Source: Elusimicrobia bacterium UBA5214 (GTDB lineage: Bacteria > Elusimicrobiota > UBA5214). From it: a stretch of DNA of 63,934 nucleotides. Positions 45,628 to 56,271 of the stretch are shown piece after piece. The notes beneath the pieces are model-generated. The model saw nothing but the letters and a program-made list of their open reading frames with translations. It was not told where the DNA came from and ran no database searches. The position numbers and the translations under genes are program-made. Numbering within the stretch: position 1 is the first letter of the stretch; each line of letters starts with the position of its first letter. The DNA is taken from contig DHVG01000002.1 of assembly GCA_002412545.1 (NCBI GenBank), forward strand, positions 52,662 to 116,595, written 5' to 3'.

Positions 45628-47379
45628 ATGTTAAAAGGTTTAATTGCTAAAATTTCCGGACCGGTAGTTATTGCTAAAGAAATGCGTGGAGCAAAGATGT
45701 ATGATGTGGTAAAAGTAGGTAGATTAGGTTTAATCGGTGAAATTATTCGTCTTGACGAAGACCAGGCAACAATCCAGGTTTACGAAGATACTTCCGGGTT
45801 AGTAGTTGGTGAAGATGTAACCAGCACGGAACAACCTTTATTGATTGAGTTGGGACCGGGCTTGCTTAGTTCGGTATATGACGGTATTCAGCGACGCTTG
45901 CCCGAACTTTTCCAGGAACATGGTTCCTATATTACCCGAGGAGTAAGCACTTATGCTTTACCCCGAGATAAAAAATGGGGTTTCATCCCGACGGTTAAAA
46001 AAGGTGAACATCTCACTGGAGGCGATGCAGTTGGCTATGTAATGGAAACGGAAACGATTAAACATAAAATAATGGTACCTCCGGGTGTAGAAGGTGAAAT
46101 AAAAGAAATTTATCAAGGAGAATTTACTGTTACTGATGTGGTGGCAGTATTGAATAACGGTGTAGAGATTAAACTGATGCAAGCTTGGCCAGCACGGGTG
46201 GGCAGACCTTATAAAAAGAAACTTGACCCGGATTCACTTTTTGTATCCGGACAGCGAATAATTGATACTTTCTTTCCGGTTCCCCAGGGAGGGAATGCAA
46301 TTATCCCGGGTGGATTCGGCACCGGGAAGACAGTCATGGAGCAGACCTTAGCTAAATGGTCAGAAGCAGATATTATTATTTATGTAGGTTGTGGTGAACG
46401 GGGTAATGAAATGACCGAAGTATTGGTTGAATTTCCCGAACTTATTGACCCGCGGACAAAAAAACCTTTGATTCAAAGGACAGTTTTAGTAGCGAATACT
46501 TCCAATATGCCGGTAGCCGCAAGAGAAGCGTCAATTTATACTGGTATTACTTTAGCCGAATATTATCGGGATATGGGTTACCGGGTAGCTTTGATGGCTG
46601 ATTCTACCAGTCGTTGGGGAGAAGCATTAAGAGAAGTATCCGGAAGAATGGAAGAGATGCCCGGTGAGGAAGGTTATCCGGCATATTTAGCTACCAGGTT
46701 AAGCAATTTTTATGAACGTAGCGGAAGGGTCATTTGTAGTGGTTCCAAAGAAGAGCGAACCGGTTCGGTAACCGTGGTCGGTGCAGTTTCACCGCCGGGT
46801 GGTGATTTTTCCGAACCGATGACCCAGAATTCTTTAAGAATTACCGGCACTTTCTGGGCTTTAGATACCGATTTAGCCCATCGGCGACATTTCCCGGCAA
46901 TAAGTTGGTTAAAAAGTTATTCCTTGTATTTACCTTTAATCCAGGATTGGGCAAGAGCGAATATTGCCTCAGATTGGAAAGAAACACGGGATAAAGCGAT
47001 GGCAATACTGCAGGAAGAGACCGAACTGCAGGAGATTGTGCAACTGGTTGGACCGGATGCTTTACCGGAAGATAAAAAATTGGTCTTAGAAGTTGCCCGG
47101 ATGTTGCGTGAAGATTATTTGCAGCAGTTTGCTTTCCATGAAATTGACGGTTTTTGTCCACCAATAAAACAGTACTGGATGCTGAGAGTTATTCTTAACT
47201 ACTATGGATTATCTTTAGAGGCATTACGGCGTGGTGTAGTTTTGCACCAGATACTCGGTTTACCTTTGAAGACGGAAATTTCACGAATGAAAGAATTACC
47301 TTTAGATAAAGCAGTAGATAATTTGAAAGATATTAACGAACGAGTTACCAAAGAAATAACGATTCTGGAGGCAATGTAA
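45628..47379 (+). CDS. ntpA: V/A-type ATP synthase subunit A
   Basis: [41 protein letters not shown]. Confidence 0.97.
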   Translation: MLKGLIAKISGPVVIAKEMRGAKMYDVVKVGRLGLIGEIIRLDEDQATIQVYEDTSGLVVGEDVTSTEQPLLIELGPGLLSSVYDGIQRRLPELFQEHGSYITRGVSTYALPRDKKWGFIPTVKKGEHLTGGDAVGYVMETETIKHKIMVPPGVEGEIKEIYQGEFTVTDVVAVLNNGVEIKLMQAWPARVGRPYKKKLDPDSLFVSGQRIIDTFFPVPQGGNAIIPGGFGTGKTVMEQTLAKWSEADIIIYVGCGERGNEMTEVLVEFPELIDPRTKKPLIQRTVLVANTSNMPVAAREASIYTGITLAEYYRDMGYRVALMADSTSRWGEALREVSGRMEEMPGEEGYPAYLATRLSNFYERSGRVICSGSKEERTGSVTVVGAVSPPGGDFSEPMTQNSLRITGTFWALDTDLAHRRHFPAISWLKSYSLYLPLIQDWARANIASDWKETRDKAMAILQEETELQEIVQLVGPDALPEDKKLVLEVARMLREDYLQQFAFHEIDGFCPPIKQYWMLRVILNYYGLSLEALRRGVVLHQILGLPLKTEISRMKELPLDKAVDNLKDINERVTKEITILEAM

Positions 47380-47381
47380 CA

Positions 47382-48797
47382 ATGGAACAAATAACGCAGA
47401 TTTCTTTAATTGATGTTGACTACAGTACAATCAATTCAGTTACCGGACCATTAATTTTTGTTGAAGGTGTGCATGATGTCGCCTATGGTGAAATGGTAGA
47501 GTTAGTTTCTCCAGTTGGTGAGAAGAGAACCGGGCAGGTCTTAGAAGTTACCGAAAAGATGGCTTTAGTCCAGGTATTTGAAGGAACTCAAGGGTTAGAT
47601 GCAAAAAAAACGAGAGTAAAATTTAAGGGTGAAGTAGCAAAAATTGATACTTCGGTAGAACTTTTAGGTCGTGTCCTGAATGGTATTGGTGAACCGATTG
47701 ACGGCGGACCGAAGGTCTTACCGGAAAAAAGGTTACCGATTATTGGTTCACCGATTAATCCATCGGCACGGGATGCACCACGAGATTTTATCCAAACTGG
47801 TATATCGGCAATTGATGGATTAAACACACTGGTGCGGGGACAAAAATTGCCAATCTTTTCCGGAGCTGGTCTTCCGGCGAATGAAATTACTGCTCAGATT
47901 ATTAACCAAGCGAAAGTGCGCGGTGAAGCGGAAGAATTTGCCATTGTTTTTGGAGCGATGGGTATCACTCATCGGGAAGCAAGTTTCTTTGAACATAGTT
48001 TTGCCCGGACTGGTGCTTTAAGGAGGGTGGTCTTCTTTCTTAATCTTGCTGATGACCCAACCATTGAACGGATTGTTACCCCGCGTTGTGCGTTAACCGT
48101 TGCTGAATTTCTTGCGTTTGAATATGAAATGCAAGTGTTAGTTATTCTCACTGATATGACCAACTATTGCGAAGCATTGAGAGAAATTTCTACTGCTCGT
48201 GAGGAAGTGCCGGGTCGGCGCGGGTATCCGGGTTATATGTATACCGACTTAGCTACAATTTATGAACGTGCCGGAAGAGTCAAAGGAAAAAAAGGTTCAA
48301 TTACGCAATTACTCATTTTGACGATGCCGGATGACGATATTACTCATCCAATACCGGATTTAACCGGTTACATTACCGAAGGGCAACTGGTACTTTCCCG
48401 TCACTTACACCGACGGGGTATCCTTCCACCATTTGATGTTTTACCTTGTCTCTCCCGCTTGATGAACCTCGGTATTGGTGCCGGGAAAACCCGGGAAGAC
48501 CATCGCGGTGTAGCTAACCAACTTTATGCGGCTTATGCTAAGGGAAGAGATTTACGGCGTTTGGTAGCAATTATCGGTGAAGAGGCACTTTCCGAACTTG
48601 ACCGTAAATATTTAAAATTTGCTGATGATTTTGAAAAGAATTTTATTGCCCAAGGAGCGGATGAAGACCGCAGTATTGAAAGAACATTAGGAATTGGCTG
48701 GGAATTACTGTCAGTTTTACCAACTGAAGAATTGAAACAAGTTAAAAGAGAACATATTGAGAAATATTATCCCAAGAAAACTGCAGTCAGTAGTTAG
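47382..48797 (+). CDS. ntpB: V/A-type ATP synthase subunit B
   Basis: [39 protein letters not shown]. Confidence 0.97.
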   Translation: MEQITQISLIDVDYSTINSVTGPLIFVEGVHDVAYGEMVELVSPVGEKRTGQVLEVTEKMALVQVFEGTQGLDAKKTRVKFKGEVAKIDTSVELLGRVLNGIGEPIDGGPKVLPEKRLPIIGSPINPSARDAPRDFIQTGISAIDGLNTLVRGQKLPIFSGAGLPANEITAQIINQAKVRGEAEEFAIVFGAMGITHREASFFEHSFARTGALRRVVFFLNLADDPTIERIVTPRCALTVAEFLAFEYEMQVLVILTDMTNYCEALREISTAREEVPGRRGYPGYMYTDLATIYERAGRVKGKKGSITQLLILTMPDDDITHPIPDLTGYITEGQLVLSRHLHRRGILPPFDVLPCLSRLMNLGIGAGKTREDHRGVANQLYAAYAKGRDLRRLVAIIGEEALSELDRKYLKFADDFEKNFIAQGADEDRSIERTLGIGWELLSVLPTEELKQVKREHIEKYYPKKTAVSS

Positions 48798-48880
48798 TAG
48801 TAAGTAGGTAGTAGTTAGTAGAGAGTAGCGAGTAGTAAGTAGAGAGTAAGAAATTCATAACTCATAACTTATAATTGTAA
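48786..48880. repeat. ~7-nt tandem repeats
   Basis: agtagtt/agtagag-type units followed by cataactcataacttataa. Confidence 0.6.
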
Positions 48881-48884
48881 TCCT

Positions 48885-49544
48885 ATGGCAGAAGTAAGTC
48901 CAACCAGGTCAGAACTTATAAAATTAAAATTACAGATTGCTCTTGCTCAGCAAGGTTGTAATCTCTTAAAAGAGAAACGTGATGCGCTCCTGGTAGAGTT
49001 TATGGCGGTAATGGATGAAACTTTGCGCTTGAGTTCTCTGCTGGAAAGAGCGGTAGCGAATGCGCAGTATGCCTTAACCGTAGCGAAAGCAGTTGACGGT
49101 GGAGTTACGGTCAAATCAGTGGCTTTAGCCACAAAAGGTGAAATAACCATTGACCTTAGTGGAACAAAAATTATGGGTGTAGCGATACCGGTGGTGCAAA
49201 AGAAATATTCACCAGTGCGTTCACTTTTGACTCGGGGTTATAGTGTTACTGGTGCAAGCAGTAGAATTGATGAAACTGCAGAAAATTTTGAAAAAGTTTT
49301 AGATATTTTAATTGAGAATGCCGATGTAGAGACACGACTGAAACGGCTTGGTGATGAAATTCAAAAAACAAACCGCCGAGTAAATGCTTTAGAGCAGATA
49401 GTTATTCCGGAAACACAAAAACAGATGAAATATATCCGGATGACCTTAGAAGAAAGAGCACGGGAAGACCTTTTCCGTTTAAAAAGAGTAAAAAGAAAAC
49501 TTGAATTGAAAAAGTTAGCAATGGAGGAGAAAGTCCAAGCTTAG
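48885..49544 (+). CDS. ntpD: V/A-type ATP synthase subunit D
   Basis: PTRSEL, LLKEKRDAL, KTNRRVNALE. Confidence 0.95.
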   Translation: MAEVSPTRSELIKLKLQIALAQQGCNLLKEKRDALLVEFMAVMDETLRLSSLLERAVANAQYALTVAKAVDGGVTVKSVALATKGEITIDLSGTKIMGVAIPVVQKKYSPVRSLLTRGYSVTGASSRIDETAENFEKVLDILIENADVETRLKRLGDEIQKTNRRVNALEQIVIPETQKQMKYIRMTLEERAREDLFRLKRVKRKLELKKLAMEEKVQA

Positions 49545-49876
49545 GTTGGGATTTTCTTGATGATTTTATAAATTTCGTCCAGACCGGTTGAACCAATTTT
49601 TTTATGTTCCATAATTTCGTGGCCGATCTGGATAATTTTTTTTGTATCTTCAAGAGTAGTAGAGCTGAAAGCTAAATTGTCCCATTCGTTACGACCGATG
49701 AATGCCCAGACTTCACCAAGTGACCACTGAATTACTTCAATATCCGAAAGGGTTAGTCTTATCCAATCCGTACCAAGATTCTGACGGATTTTTTCAATTG
49801 CTCGTTCTACGGCACGTCCTTTACGCAACTGGAATGAACGCATCCCTACTTCTTCTTCAGTTACATCTTTTGGCAT
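49541..49876 (-). CDS. Hypothetical protein
   Basis: 111 aa; SD AAGGAG; promoter at 49976-50004. Confidence 0.7.
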   Translation of the reverse strand: MPKDVTEEEVGMRSFQLRKGRAVERAIEKIRQNLGTDWIRLTLSDIEVIQWSLGEVWAFIGRNEWDNLAFSSTTLEDTKKIIQIGHEIMEHKKIGSTGLDEIYKIIKKIPT

Positions 49877-49885
49877 TTTTTTTCT

Positions 49886-49941
49886 CCTTCACCCTCACCT
49901 CTTTCCTCTCCCCTTGAGGGAGAGGATGAAGAAGAGGGGTA
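49886..49941. repeat. REP-like palindrome
   Basis: CCTCTCCC-ttga-GGGAGAGG with flanking CCCTC/GAGGG. Confidence 0.6.
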
Positions 49942-49975
49942 AATCAGTTGTTCTTTATTGAATTTAGTGTTAATT

Positions 49976-50004
49976 AGTTTAGCAGATTTTATTTTTCTTG
50001 TCAA
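49976..50004 (-). promoter_or_regulatory. sigma70-type promoter
   Basis: Minus strand TTGACA-N17-TAAACT. Confidence 0.55.
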
Positions 50005-50023
50005 CCCTACTACAAATGACTAA

Positions 50024-50368
50024 ATGGAAAAGAATAAAATTGTCAAAATTACAATCATTACGGTAGTAAGTGTGGTTATCCTTCTTTTGGGTATGCTCAC
50101 CGGAAAATTATTCTTTACTTCCGGATTAGTTATCGGGTTATTACTGGGTGTGTTCAATATGCGCTTGTTCATTTATACGACATTTCGTGGCTTGCAGTAT
50201 GAAACTCGCGGGAAAATGCGTCGTTATTATTTTCTTACTAATCTTGCCAAATATGCGGTAATTGTTCTCTTTATCTATCTAATCGTAGCCACCAAAAAGA
50301 TTAGTCTCGTCGGAATTATTTTTGGTTTAATTTTAAGTGTTTTCTTACTCCTTTCCGGAATTTATTAA
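50024..50368 (+). CDS. ATP synthase protein I (UncI)-like 4-TM protein
   Basis: GLVIGLLLGVFN...LAKYAVIVLF...SLVGIIFGL pattern. Confidence 0.6.
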   Translation: MEKNKIVKITIITVVSVVILLLGMLTGKLFFTSGLVIGLLLGVFNMRLFIYTTFRGLQYETRGKMRRYYFLTNLAKYAVIVLFIYLIVATKKISLVGIIFGLILSVFLLLSGIY

Positions 50369-50506
50369 GAAAACTTTCCTCTCTTCTTGATTTTCCCAAC
50401 CCGATTTAGTATTATATCCTTAGTAAACAATGAATTAAACAAATGAGAGCAAATTATCCGAATTAAGCAATCTTTTTGCCTCTATTCGCTTTATTCGGTT
50501 ATCAAT

Positions 50507-51553
50507 ATGATTAAAACTTCTTCTTTTCTTAAAGCCTGTCGGAGAGAAAAAACTGATTTTACGCCAGTATGGTTAATGCGTCAGGCCGGGAGGTATCTGC
50601 CGGAATACCGAAAAATTCGCCAGAAAATGTCTTTTCTTAAAATGTGTAAAACACCGGAAATTGCGGTAGAAGTTACTCTCCAACCGCTAAAAAGACTTAA
50701 TCTGGACGCGGCAATCCTTTTTGCTGATATTCTTCTGCCTTTGGAAGTAATCGGGATAAAGTTTGAGATTACCGATAAGGAAGGAGTGAAGATTAATCCT
50801 TTAAATAAAATAAAAGAAATTAAGGCATTAAAAATAAATGCTCCGGAAGAGAAACTTTATTTTGTAGTAGAGACAATAAAAATACTTCATCGTGAACTTG
50901 CCGGTAAAGTGCCGTTGATTGGTTTTTCCGGTGCACCGTTTACTTTAGCCAGTTATCTTATTGAAGGGGGACATTCACAAAATTATTTAAAAACAAAAAA
51001 ATTGATGTACCAGAAACCGAAAATTTGGCAGATGTTGATGACTGTACTTGCTCAATTAGTAATTGAATATCTAAAAATGCAAATCAATGCCGGTGTCCAA
51101 GCAATCCAAATTTTTGACTCCTGGGTTGGTTGTTTAGCTCCTAATGACTATCGGCAATATGTCCTTCCGTATTCAAAAAAAATATTTACTGAATTGGGAA
51201 GATTAGGTATCCCTCTGATACATTTTGCTACTGGTTCCGCAGGCTTACTGGAATTGATGAGAAATGCAGGTGGCGATGTCAGAGGTAATTACCTCATCGG
51301 TATTGATTGGCGGATTAATCTTGATGCGGCATGGAAAAGAATTGGTTACGATGTCGGTATTCAAGGTAATCTTGACCCAGCAGTACTTTTTGCTCCAAAA
51401 AAAGAAATCAAAAAAAGAGTTAAAGATATTTTAACCCGTGCGGATAACCGTCCCGGACATATTTTTAATCTCGGACACGGTGTTTTACCGAATACACCGG
51501 TAGATAGTGTAATTTTTCTCGTCGATACGGTACATAAACTAAGTCAACGATGA
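50507..51553 (+). CDS. hemE: Uroporphyrinogen decarboxylase
   Basis: PVWLMRQAGRYLPEY, IGFSGAPFTLASY, QGNLDP, HIFNLGHG. Confidence 0.97.
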   Translation: MIKTSSFLKACRREKTDFTPVWLMRQAGRYLPEYRKIRQKMSFLKMCKTPEIAVEVTLQPLKRLNLDAAILFADILLPLEVIGIKFEITDKEGVKINPLNKIKEIKALKINAPEEKLYFVVETIKILHRELAGKVPLIGFSGAPFTLASYLIEGGHSQNYLKTKKLMYQKPKIWQMLMTVLAQLVIEYLKMQINAGVQAIQIFDSWVGCLAPNDYRQYVLPYSKKIFTELGRLGIPLIHFATGSAGLLELMRNAGGDVRGNYLIGIDWRINLDAAWKRIGYDVGIQGNLDPAVLFAPKKEIKKRVKDILTRADNRPGHIFNLGHGVLPNTPVDSVIFLVDTVHKLSQR

Positions 51554-52539
51554 CTTCTTTTAACCAACCAACCAGCGAACTAACAGCAGTTTTGCTGCTT
51601 TCTTTCGGTGGACCGCGGTCGTTGGATGAAATTGAGTCCTTTCTCACCAGTATAATCGGCGGTAGAAAACCTTCCCCGGAACAGTTAGCAAAAGTAACTG
51701 AGAGGTATAAATTCATCCTTCGTAGTACTACGGAAAACGGACTTATCGGCGGTCGTTCACCATTAACCGAAATTACTTTACAGCAGGCAAAATTACTTGA
51801 AGGAAAGTTGAATCTTTTAGAGAAAAAATATCGTGGTATGAACCGTTCTGGTTCATACCGGGTCTATGTTGGATTTCGTCATTCACAACCAACAATTGAA
51901 GAATCAGTAAAAGAGATAGTTAAAAATAAAATAACACAAGTTATTGTTCTAAATCTTGCTCCTTATTATTCAAAAGTAACCACCGGAGTATATCTTACAG
52001 AACTTAACCGAGCAATCAAAACAATTCAACCAACTGTTAAAATGTTAATTGCCGAAAATTTTGGCAATCACTCTTTGTATATTAGTGCTTTAATAGAAAA
52101 GATTGAAGAAGGATTAAAACAATTTTCTTCACAAGAACGAGAAAATCTACATATAATTTTCAGTGTGCATAGTATTCCTCAGAAACTTATTGACCAAGGT
52201 GACCCTTATCTCGAACAGGTAAAAGCGAGTATTGAGAGTATTCTCAAGATTTCGGCTTATCCGCGCTGGAAACTTGCTTTTCAAAGTGCCGGTTCAGATA
52301 AAGAAAAATGGCTTGAACCCGAAGTGAAAGAGGTCATTGACGAGTTAACAAAGAAGGGGGTGAAAAATATTCTCCTTGTGCCGCTCAGTTTTATTTCCGA
52401 CAACATTGAAACTTTATACGATATTGATATTGTTTATAAAAAATATGCGGAAGAGAAAGGACTAAAATTTGTTCGTACTGATTGTTTAAATACTTCACCT
52501 AAATTTATTGAAGCACTAAGTAATATCATCTTGGAATAG
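51550..52539 (+). CDS. hemH: Ferrochelatase
   Basis: LLSFGGP, IGGRSPL, FSVHSIP, GDPY, WLEP, FISDNIETLYDID. Confidence 0.95.
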   Translation: MTSFNQPTSELTAVLLLSFGGPRSLDEIESFLTSIIGGRKPSPEQLAKVTERYKFILRSTTENGLIGGRSPLTEITLQQAKLLEGKLNLLEKKYRGMNRSGSYRVYVGFRHSQPTIEESVKEIVKNKITQVIVLNLAPYYSKVTTGVYLTELNRAIKTIQPTVKMLIAENFGNHSLYISALIEKIEEGLKQFSSQERENLHIIFSVHSIPQKLIDQGDPYLEQVKASIESILKISAYPRWKLAFQSAGSDKEKWLEPEVKEVIDELTKKGVKNILLVPLSFISDNIETLYDIDIVYKKYAEEKGLKFVRTDCLNTSPKFIEALSNIILE

Positions 52540-52553
52540 AAAGGATAAAAAAT

Positions 52554-53975
52554 ATGAAAAAAGTAGTAATTATTGGTAGTGGAATTAGCGGTTTAACTTG
52601 TGCTTACAAAATTAGAAAGAAAAGTAAAGAAATCAATTTACCGATTGAAATTACCCTGATTGAAAAAGAAAAGAGGTTGGGTGGTGTTTTTCTTACCGAA
52701 AAAATAAACGGTTTTTTAATTGAAGGCGGACCGGACTGTTTTGAGTCAGAAAAACCACACACTTTCGCTTTAGCGGAAGAATTAGGTATTGCTGAACGAA
52801 TAATCGGCGGGAATGAGGAAGCCCATCTTACTTATGTTTTCTGGAATGGTAAATTATGGGAATTGCCGAAAGGTTTACTCGCTCTTGCTCCGACACGGAT
52901 TTCTTCACTACTTTTTTGTCCTTTCCTGACCTGGCGGGGTAAACTGCGTGCTGGGCTTGATTTGGTTATTCCGCCCTGGGAAGAAGAAAGAGAAGATATT
53001 AGTTTAGCTGAATTTTATAAACGCCGTTTCGGTAAAGAAATATTTGACCGTATTGCTGAACCACTTTTTGGGAGTATCTATGCCTGTATCCCGGAAAATA
53101 TCAGTGTAAAAAGTTGCTGGCCAAGAGCGCTCCAGTGGGAAAAGGAATACGGTAGTTTAATTCGGAGTATGTTAGCCCGGAGAAGAATGCGGAAGAAGAT
53201 GGGCGATTCCGGAAAGAAAAAATTAGCGGTTTTTATGACCTTTAAAGAAGGGATGAGTGAACTAACCAAGACACTGGAGAAAAATCTGGAGAATGTAAAT
53301 TTCTTGACCGGCAGAAGCGTGCTTAATCTAAAAACCAATCCCGGGGGACGGTTTACCGTTATTCTTGATGACGGGAAATCAGTTGAGTCCGATGCTTGTA
53401 TCCTGGCAACTGCACCATCCTATGCTACTGCCGAAATTGTGAAAAGTATTGATACCGGTTTAGCCGATATCTTGATGAGAATACCTTATGTATCCAGTGC
53501 AACGATTACACTTGCTTACAAAAAGGAAAGTTTCCCGCATCCTTTGCGTGGTTTTGGTGTCCTGGTTACCCGCAGTGAGAAAACCCAGGTGAAAGCAATA
53601 AGTTGGTCTTCCACAAAATTTAATCAGCGTGCTCCGGAAGGATATGTCCTGATTCGTGCCTTTGTTGGTGGTGCAGAAGATGAAACGATGGTTTACCAGA
53701 AAGATGACCAACTCTTAAAAGTTGTAAAAGAAGACCTTCATAAAATGATGGGAATCAATGTTGAACCGATACTCACTAAAATTTATCGTTGGCCAAGTTC
53801 AATGGTACAGTATACTTTAGGACATGAGAAAAAAGTTAAATTTATTGAAGAGAGGGTCAAACAATATCCCGGACTTTATCTGATTGGTAACGCCTACCGC
53901 GGAATCGGTATCAGCGATTGTATCAACAACGCTACCCAAACTGCTGAACAAGTAGTAGAATATTTTACTAAATAA
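52554..53975 (+). CDS. hemY: Proto/coproporphyrinogen oxidase (HemY-type)
   Basis: GSGISGL FAD motif, EGGPD, GFGVLV, GIGISDCI. Confidence 0.92.
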   Translation: MKKVVIIGSGISGLTCAYKIRKKSKEINLPIEITLIEKEKRLGGVFLTEKINGFLIEGGPDCFESEKPHTFALAEELGIAERIIGGNEEAHLTYVFWNGKLWELPKGLLALAPTRISSLLFCPFLTWRGKLRAGLDLVIPPWEEEREDISLAEFYKRRFGKEIFDRIAEPLFGSIYACIPENISVKSCWPRALQWEKEYGSLIRSMLARRRMRKKMGDSGKKKLAVFMTFKEGMSELTKTLEKNLENVNFLTGRSVLNLKTNPGGRFTVILDDGKSVESDACILATAPSYATAEIVKSIDTGLADILMRIPYVSSATITLAYKKESFPHPLRGFGVLVTRSEKTQVKAISWSSTKFNQRAPEGYVLIRAFVGGAEDETMVYQKDDQLLKVVKEDLHKMMGINVEPILTKIYRWPSSMVQYTLGHEKKVKFIEERVKQYPGLYLIGNAYRGIGISDCINNATQTAEQVVEYFTK

Positions 53976-54068
53976 ACCCCGTTAGAAAAAAGTTCTGTCC
54001 ATAAGGACGGTGATAAAAAAATTGATAGTTTGGGGGTAAATCTCTTTCTAAACTTTCTAACGGGGTAA
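53975..54068. repeat. Short element with terminal inverted repeats
   Basis: ACCCCGTTAGAAA ... TTTCTAACGGGGT. Confidence 0.7.
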
Positions 54069-54123
54069 AAATTTTTTTAAAAAACACTTGACCCTGCAAA
54101 GAAAAAAAATTTTTCTATGGGTC

Positions 54124-54173
54124 TTGACAAAGTGTTTTATTTGGGTATAATTTAATGACTGACCAGTCAGTCA
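54124..54173 (+). promoter_or_regulatory. sigma70 promoter with adjacent TetR-type operator
   Basis: TTGACA-N16-TATAAT followed by palindrome TGACTGAC-ca-GTCAGTCA (54156-54173). Confidence 0.75.
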
Positions 54174-54258
54174 ACTGACTGGGTGAATAGGTGATTGGGT
54201 TATTAGGTGATTTGGTAAAGAACGATTTGTACTAATTCGTGTTCATTCGTGATAGAAG

Positions 54259-54831
54259 ATGAAAGAAAGAATAATTGAGGCAACAAAAAGGGTAATCATT
54301 AAGAAAGGTTACCAGGGACTGAAGGTTTCCGATATTGCCGAAGAAGCGAAAATAGGTAAAGGGACAGTTTATCTTTATTTTAGAAGTAAGGAGGAACTGC
54401 TCGCCGAACTGGTAGACAGTTTCTTTGCTGAAGCAAATGGGTTTATTGAACAAGCGAAAAATACTATTGGGAATGGTCTGGATAAATTACGTAAATTTAT
54501 TGAACTGGATTTAGCGTTTTTTGAAAAAAATAAAGAACTTTTTAGTATCTTAGGACAGGATATCGCCTCGCTGAGTAAAATTTTTGCGAAAGAATGGAAT
54601 ACGGTCATTTTAGGAAAATATCTACAAATTACTGATTCAATCGCTGCCTTAATCAAAATCTGTCAGAAAGAAAAGTTGATCGGAAAAATTGAACCGCGTG
54701 AAGGGACATTTGTTTTAACGGCAATAATTCATGCCTATGCGGCACTGAGGATACACGGACTTACCGACCAACCCTTACCAAAACAAACAGACAAAATTTT
54801 GCAAATATTCTTAAATGGAGTAGGGAAGTGA
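54259..54831 (+). CDS. TetR/AcrR family regulator
   Basis: IAEEAKIGKGTVYLYFRSKEEL. Confidence 0.95.
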   Translation: MKERIIEATKRVIIKKGYQGLKVSDIAEEAKIGKGTVYLYFRSKEELLAELVDSFFAEANGFIEQAKNTIGNGLDKLRKFIELDLAFFEKNKELFSILGQDIASLSKIFAKEWNTVILGKYLQITDSIAALIKICQKEKLIGKIEPREGTFVLTAIIHAYAALRIHGLTDQPLPKQTDKILQIFLNGVGK

Positions 54832-56189
54832 AAAAAAACTGGTGTAAAGTGAAAAGTGTAAAGTGTAAAGGGGTAAAGATTTTGTTATTATTTTTAACCT
54901 TAAACTTTAAACCTTACACCTTACACGATATTTATGGAGAAGAAGTTCTTACTTTAGAGAAATGTATTGAACTTGCGCTTGGGAACAGTCAAACAATAAA
55001 AATCAGTGAAGAGAAAATGCTCTCGGCACAATGGAAAATAAATGAAGCCTTTGCTGGATATTTACCACAAGTTAGTGTTTCTGGTACTTATCTGCGTAAG
55101 AAAAAAACTGAAATTGACCCAACCATTTTGCAGGCAATGAAATCGCGTTCATTTTCGCTTGCCTTTGCTGATGAAATTTATACTGGTCGTTTAAGTTTGG
55201 AGCAGCCAATTTACACTTGGGGTAAGATTTATCAAGTGAACCGTCAGGCAATCCTTGCTTATCAAATCGCAAAGGAGGAATATATTAAGGTAAGAAATGA
55301 ACTTATCGCTCAGATTAAGGAGTCATTTTATCATTTACTTTTAGCTGAACAAATGATTTCTATTTCTCAGGAAGCAGTTGAGGTTACTGAAGAACATCTT
55401 AAGGTTACGGAAGCGTTATATCAGGAAGGTAAAGTTTCTCAATACGATGTTTCCCGAGTTAAAGTGCAACTTGCCAATGCAAAAACTAGTCTAATTAAAG
55501 CAAAAAATGGATTAAAATTGGCTAAAGAAAGTTTGTTTTTTCTGCTGAATAAAGAAATTCCCGATGCTGTAGATATCCAAGGCAAACTTGAATATTTACC
55601 AGCAGAAATTGACCTGAATGCTGTTCTAAAAGAGGCATCGGCTAATCGTCCGGAGATAAAACAGATGGCATTGCAAAAAGAAATCGGTAGTAGTTTAATC
55701 AAATTAACCAAAGCAGGGAATAAACCGAACATTGCTCTTACCGGTAATTATGATTGGCAGAATGACCAACTGAGCACAAAAGATTGGTATGATACCTGGC
55801 AAGCGTTGCTCGTCTTAAATGTTCCTTTGTTTGATGGTTTTTCTACCAAGGCAAAAGTAAAACAGAGCGAGTTTAATCTTAAGCAAATACAGTTGACTGA
55901 GGACTTAATTACCGAAAGTATAAAATTGGAAGTGAAACAAGCGTTCTTAAATTTTCAACAGGCAAAAGAAAGTATTGAAGCACAAAAAGAAAATGTAGAA
56001 ACCGCTAAAGAAAACCTCAGAATTGCTCAGGAACGATATAAATTAGGTTTAATGTCTAATGTGGAAGTGCGTGATGCTGAATTGACCTTAACTCAGGCAG
56101 AGACAAATTATTATCAAGTGTTAGCCGACTATTTGATTGTTTTAGTGAAATTAGAAAAGGCAACAGGTATCACGAATATACACGAATAA
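54828..56189 (+). CDS. TolC family outer membrane efflux protein
   Basis: LTLEKCIELAL, YLPQVSV, VPLFDG, ERYKLG; operon context. Confidence 0.9.
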   Translation: MKKNWCKVKSVKCKGVKILLLFLTLNFKPYTLHDIYGEEVLTLEKCIELALGNSQTIKISEEKMLSAQWKINEAFAGYLPQVSVSGTYLRKKKTEIDPTILQAMKSRSFSLAFADEIYTGRLSLEQPIYTWGKIYQVNRQAILAYQIAKEEYIKVRNELIAQIKESFYHLLLAEQMISISQEAVEVTEEHLKVTEALYQEGKVSQYDVSRVKVQLANAKTSLIKAKNGLKLAKESLFFLLNKEIPDAVDIQGKLEYLPAEIDLNAVLKEASANRPEIKQMALQKEIGSSLIKLTKAGNKPNIALTGNYDWQNDQLSTKDWYDTWQALLVLNVPLFDGFSTKAKVKQSEFNLKQIQLTEDLITESIKLEVKQAFLNFQQAKESIEAQKENVETAKENLRIAQERYKLGLMSNVEVRDAELTLTQAETNYYQVLADYLIVLVKLEKATGITNIHE

Positions 56190-56271
56190 AAATACTACGA
56201 ATTTTCACGAATAAAAAATTTGTTTTGATTTCGCATACGGGTTTGTGAGAATTCATATTTGAGGAGAAGAA

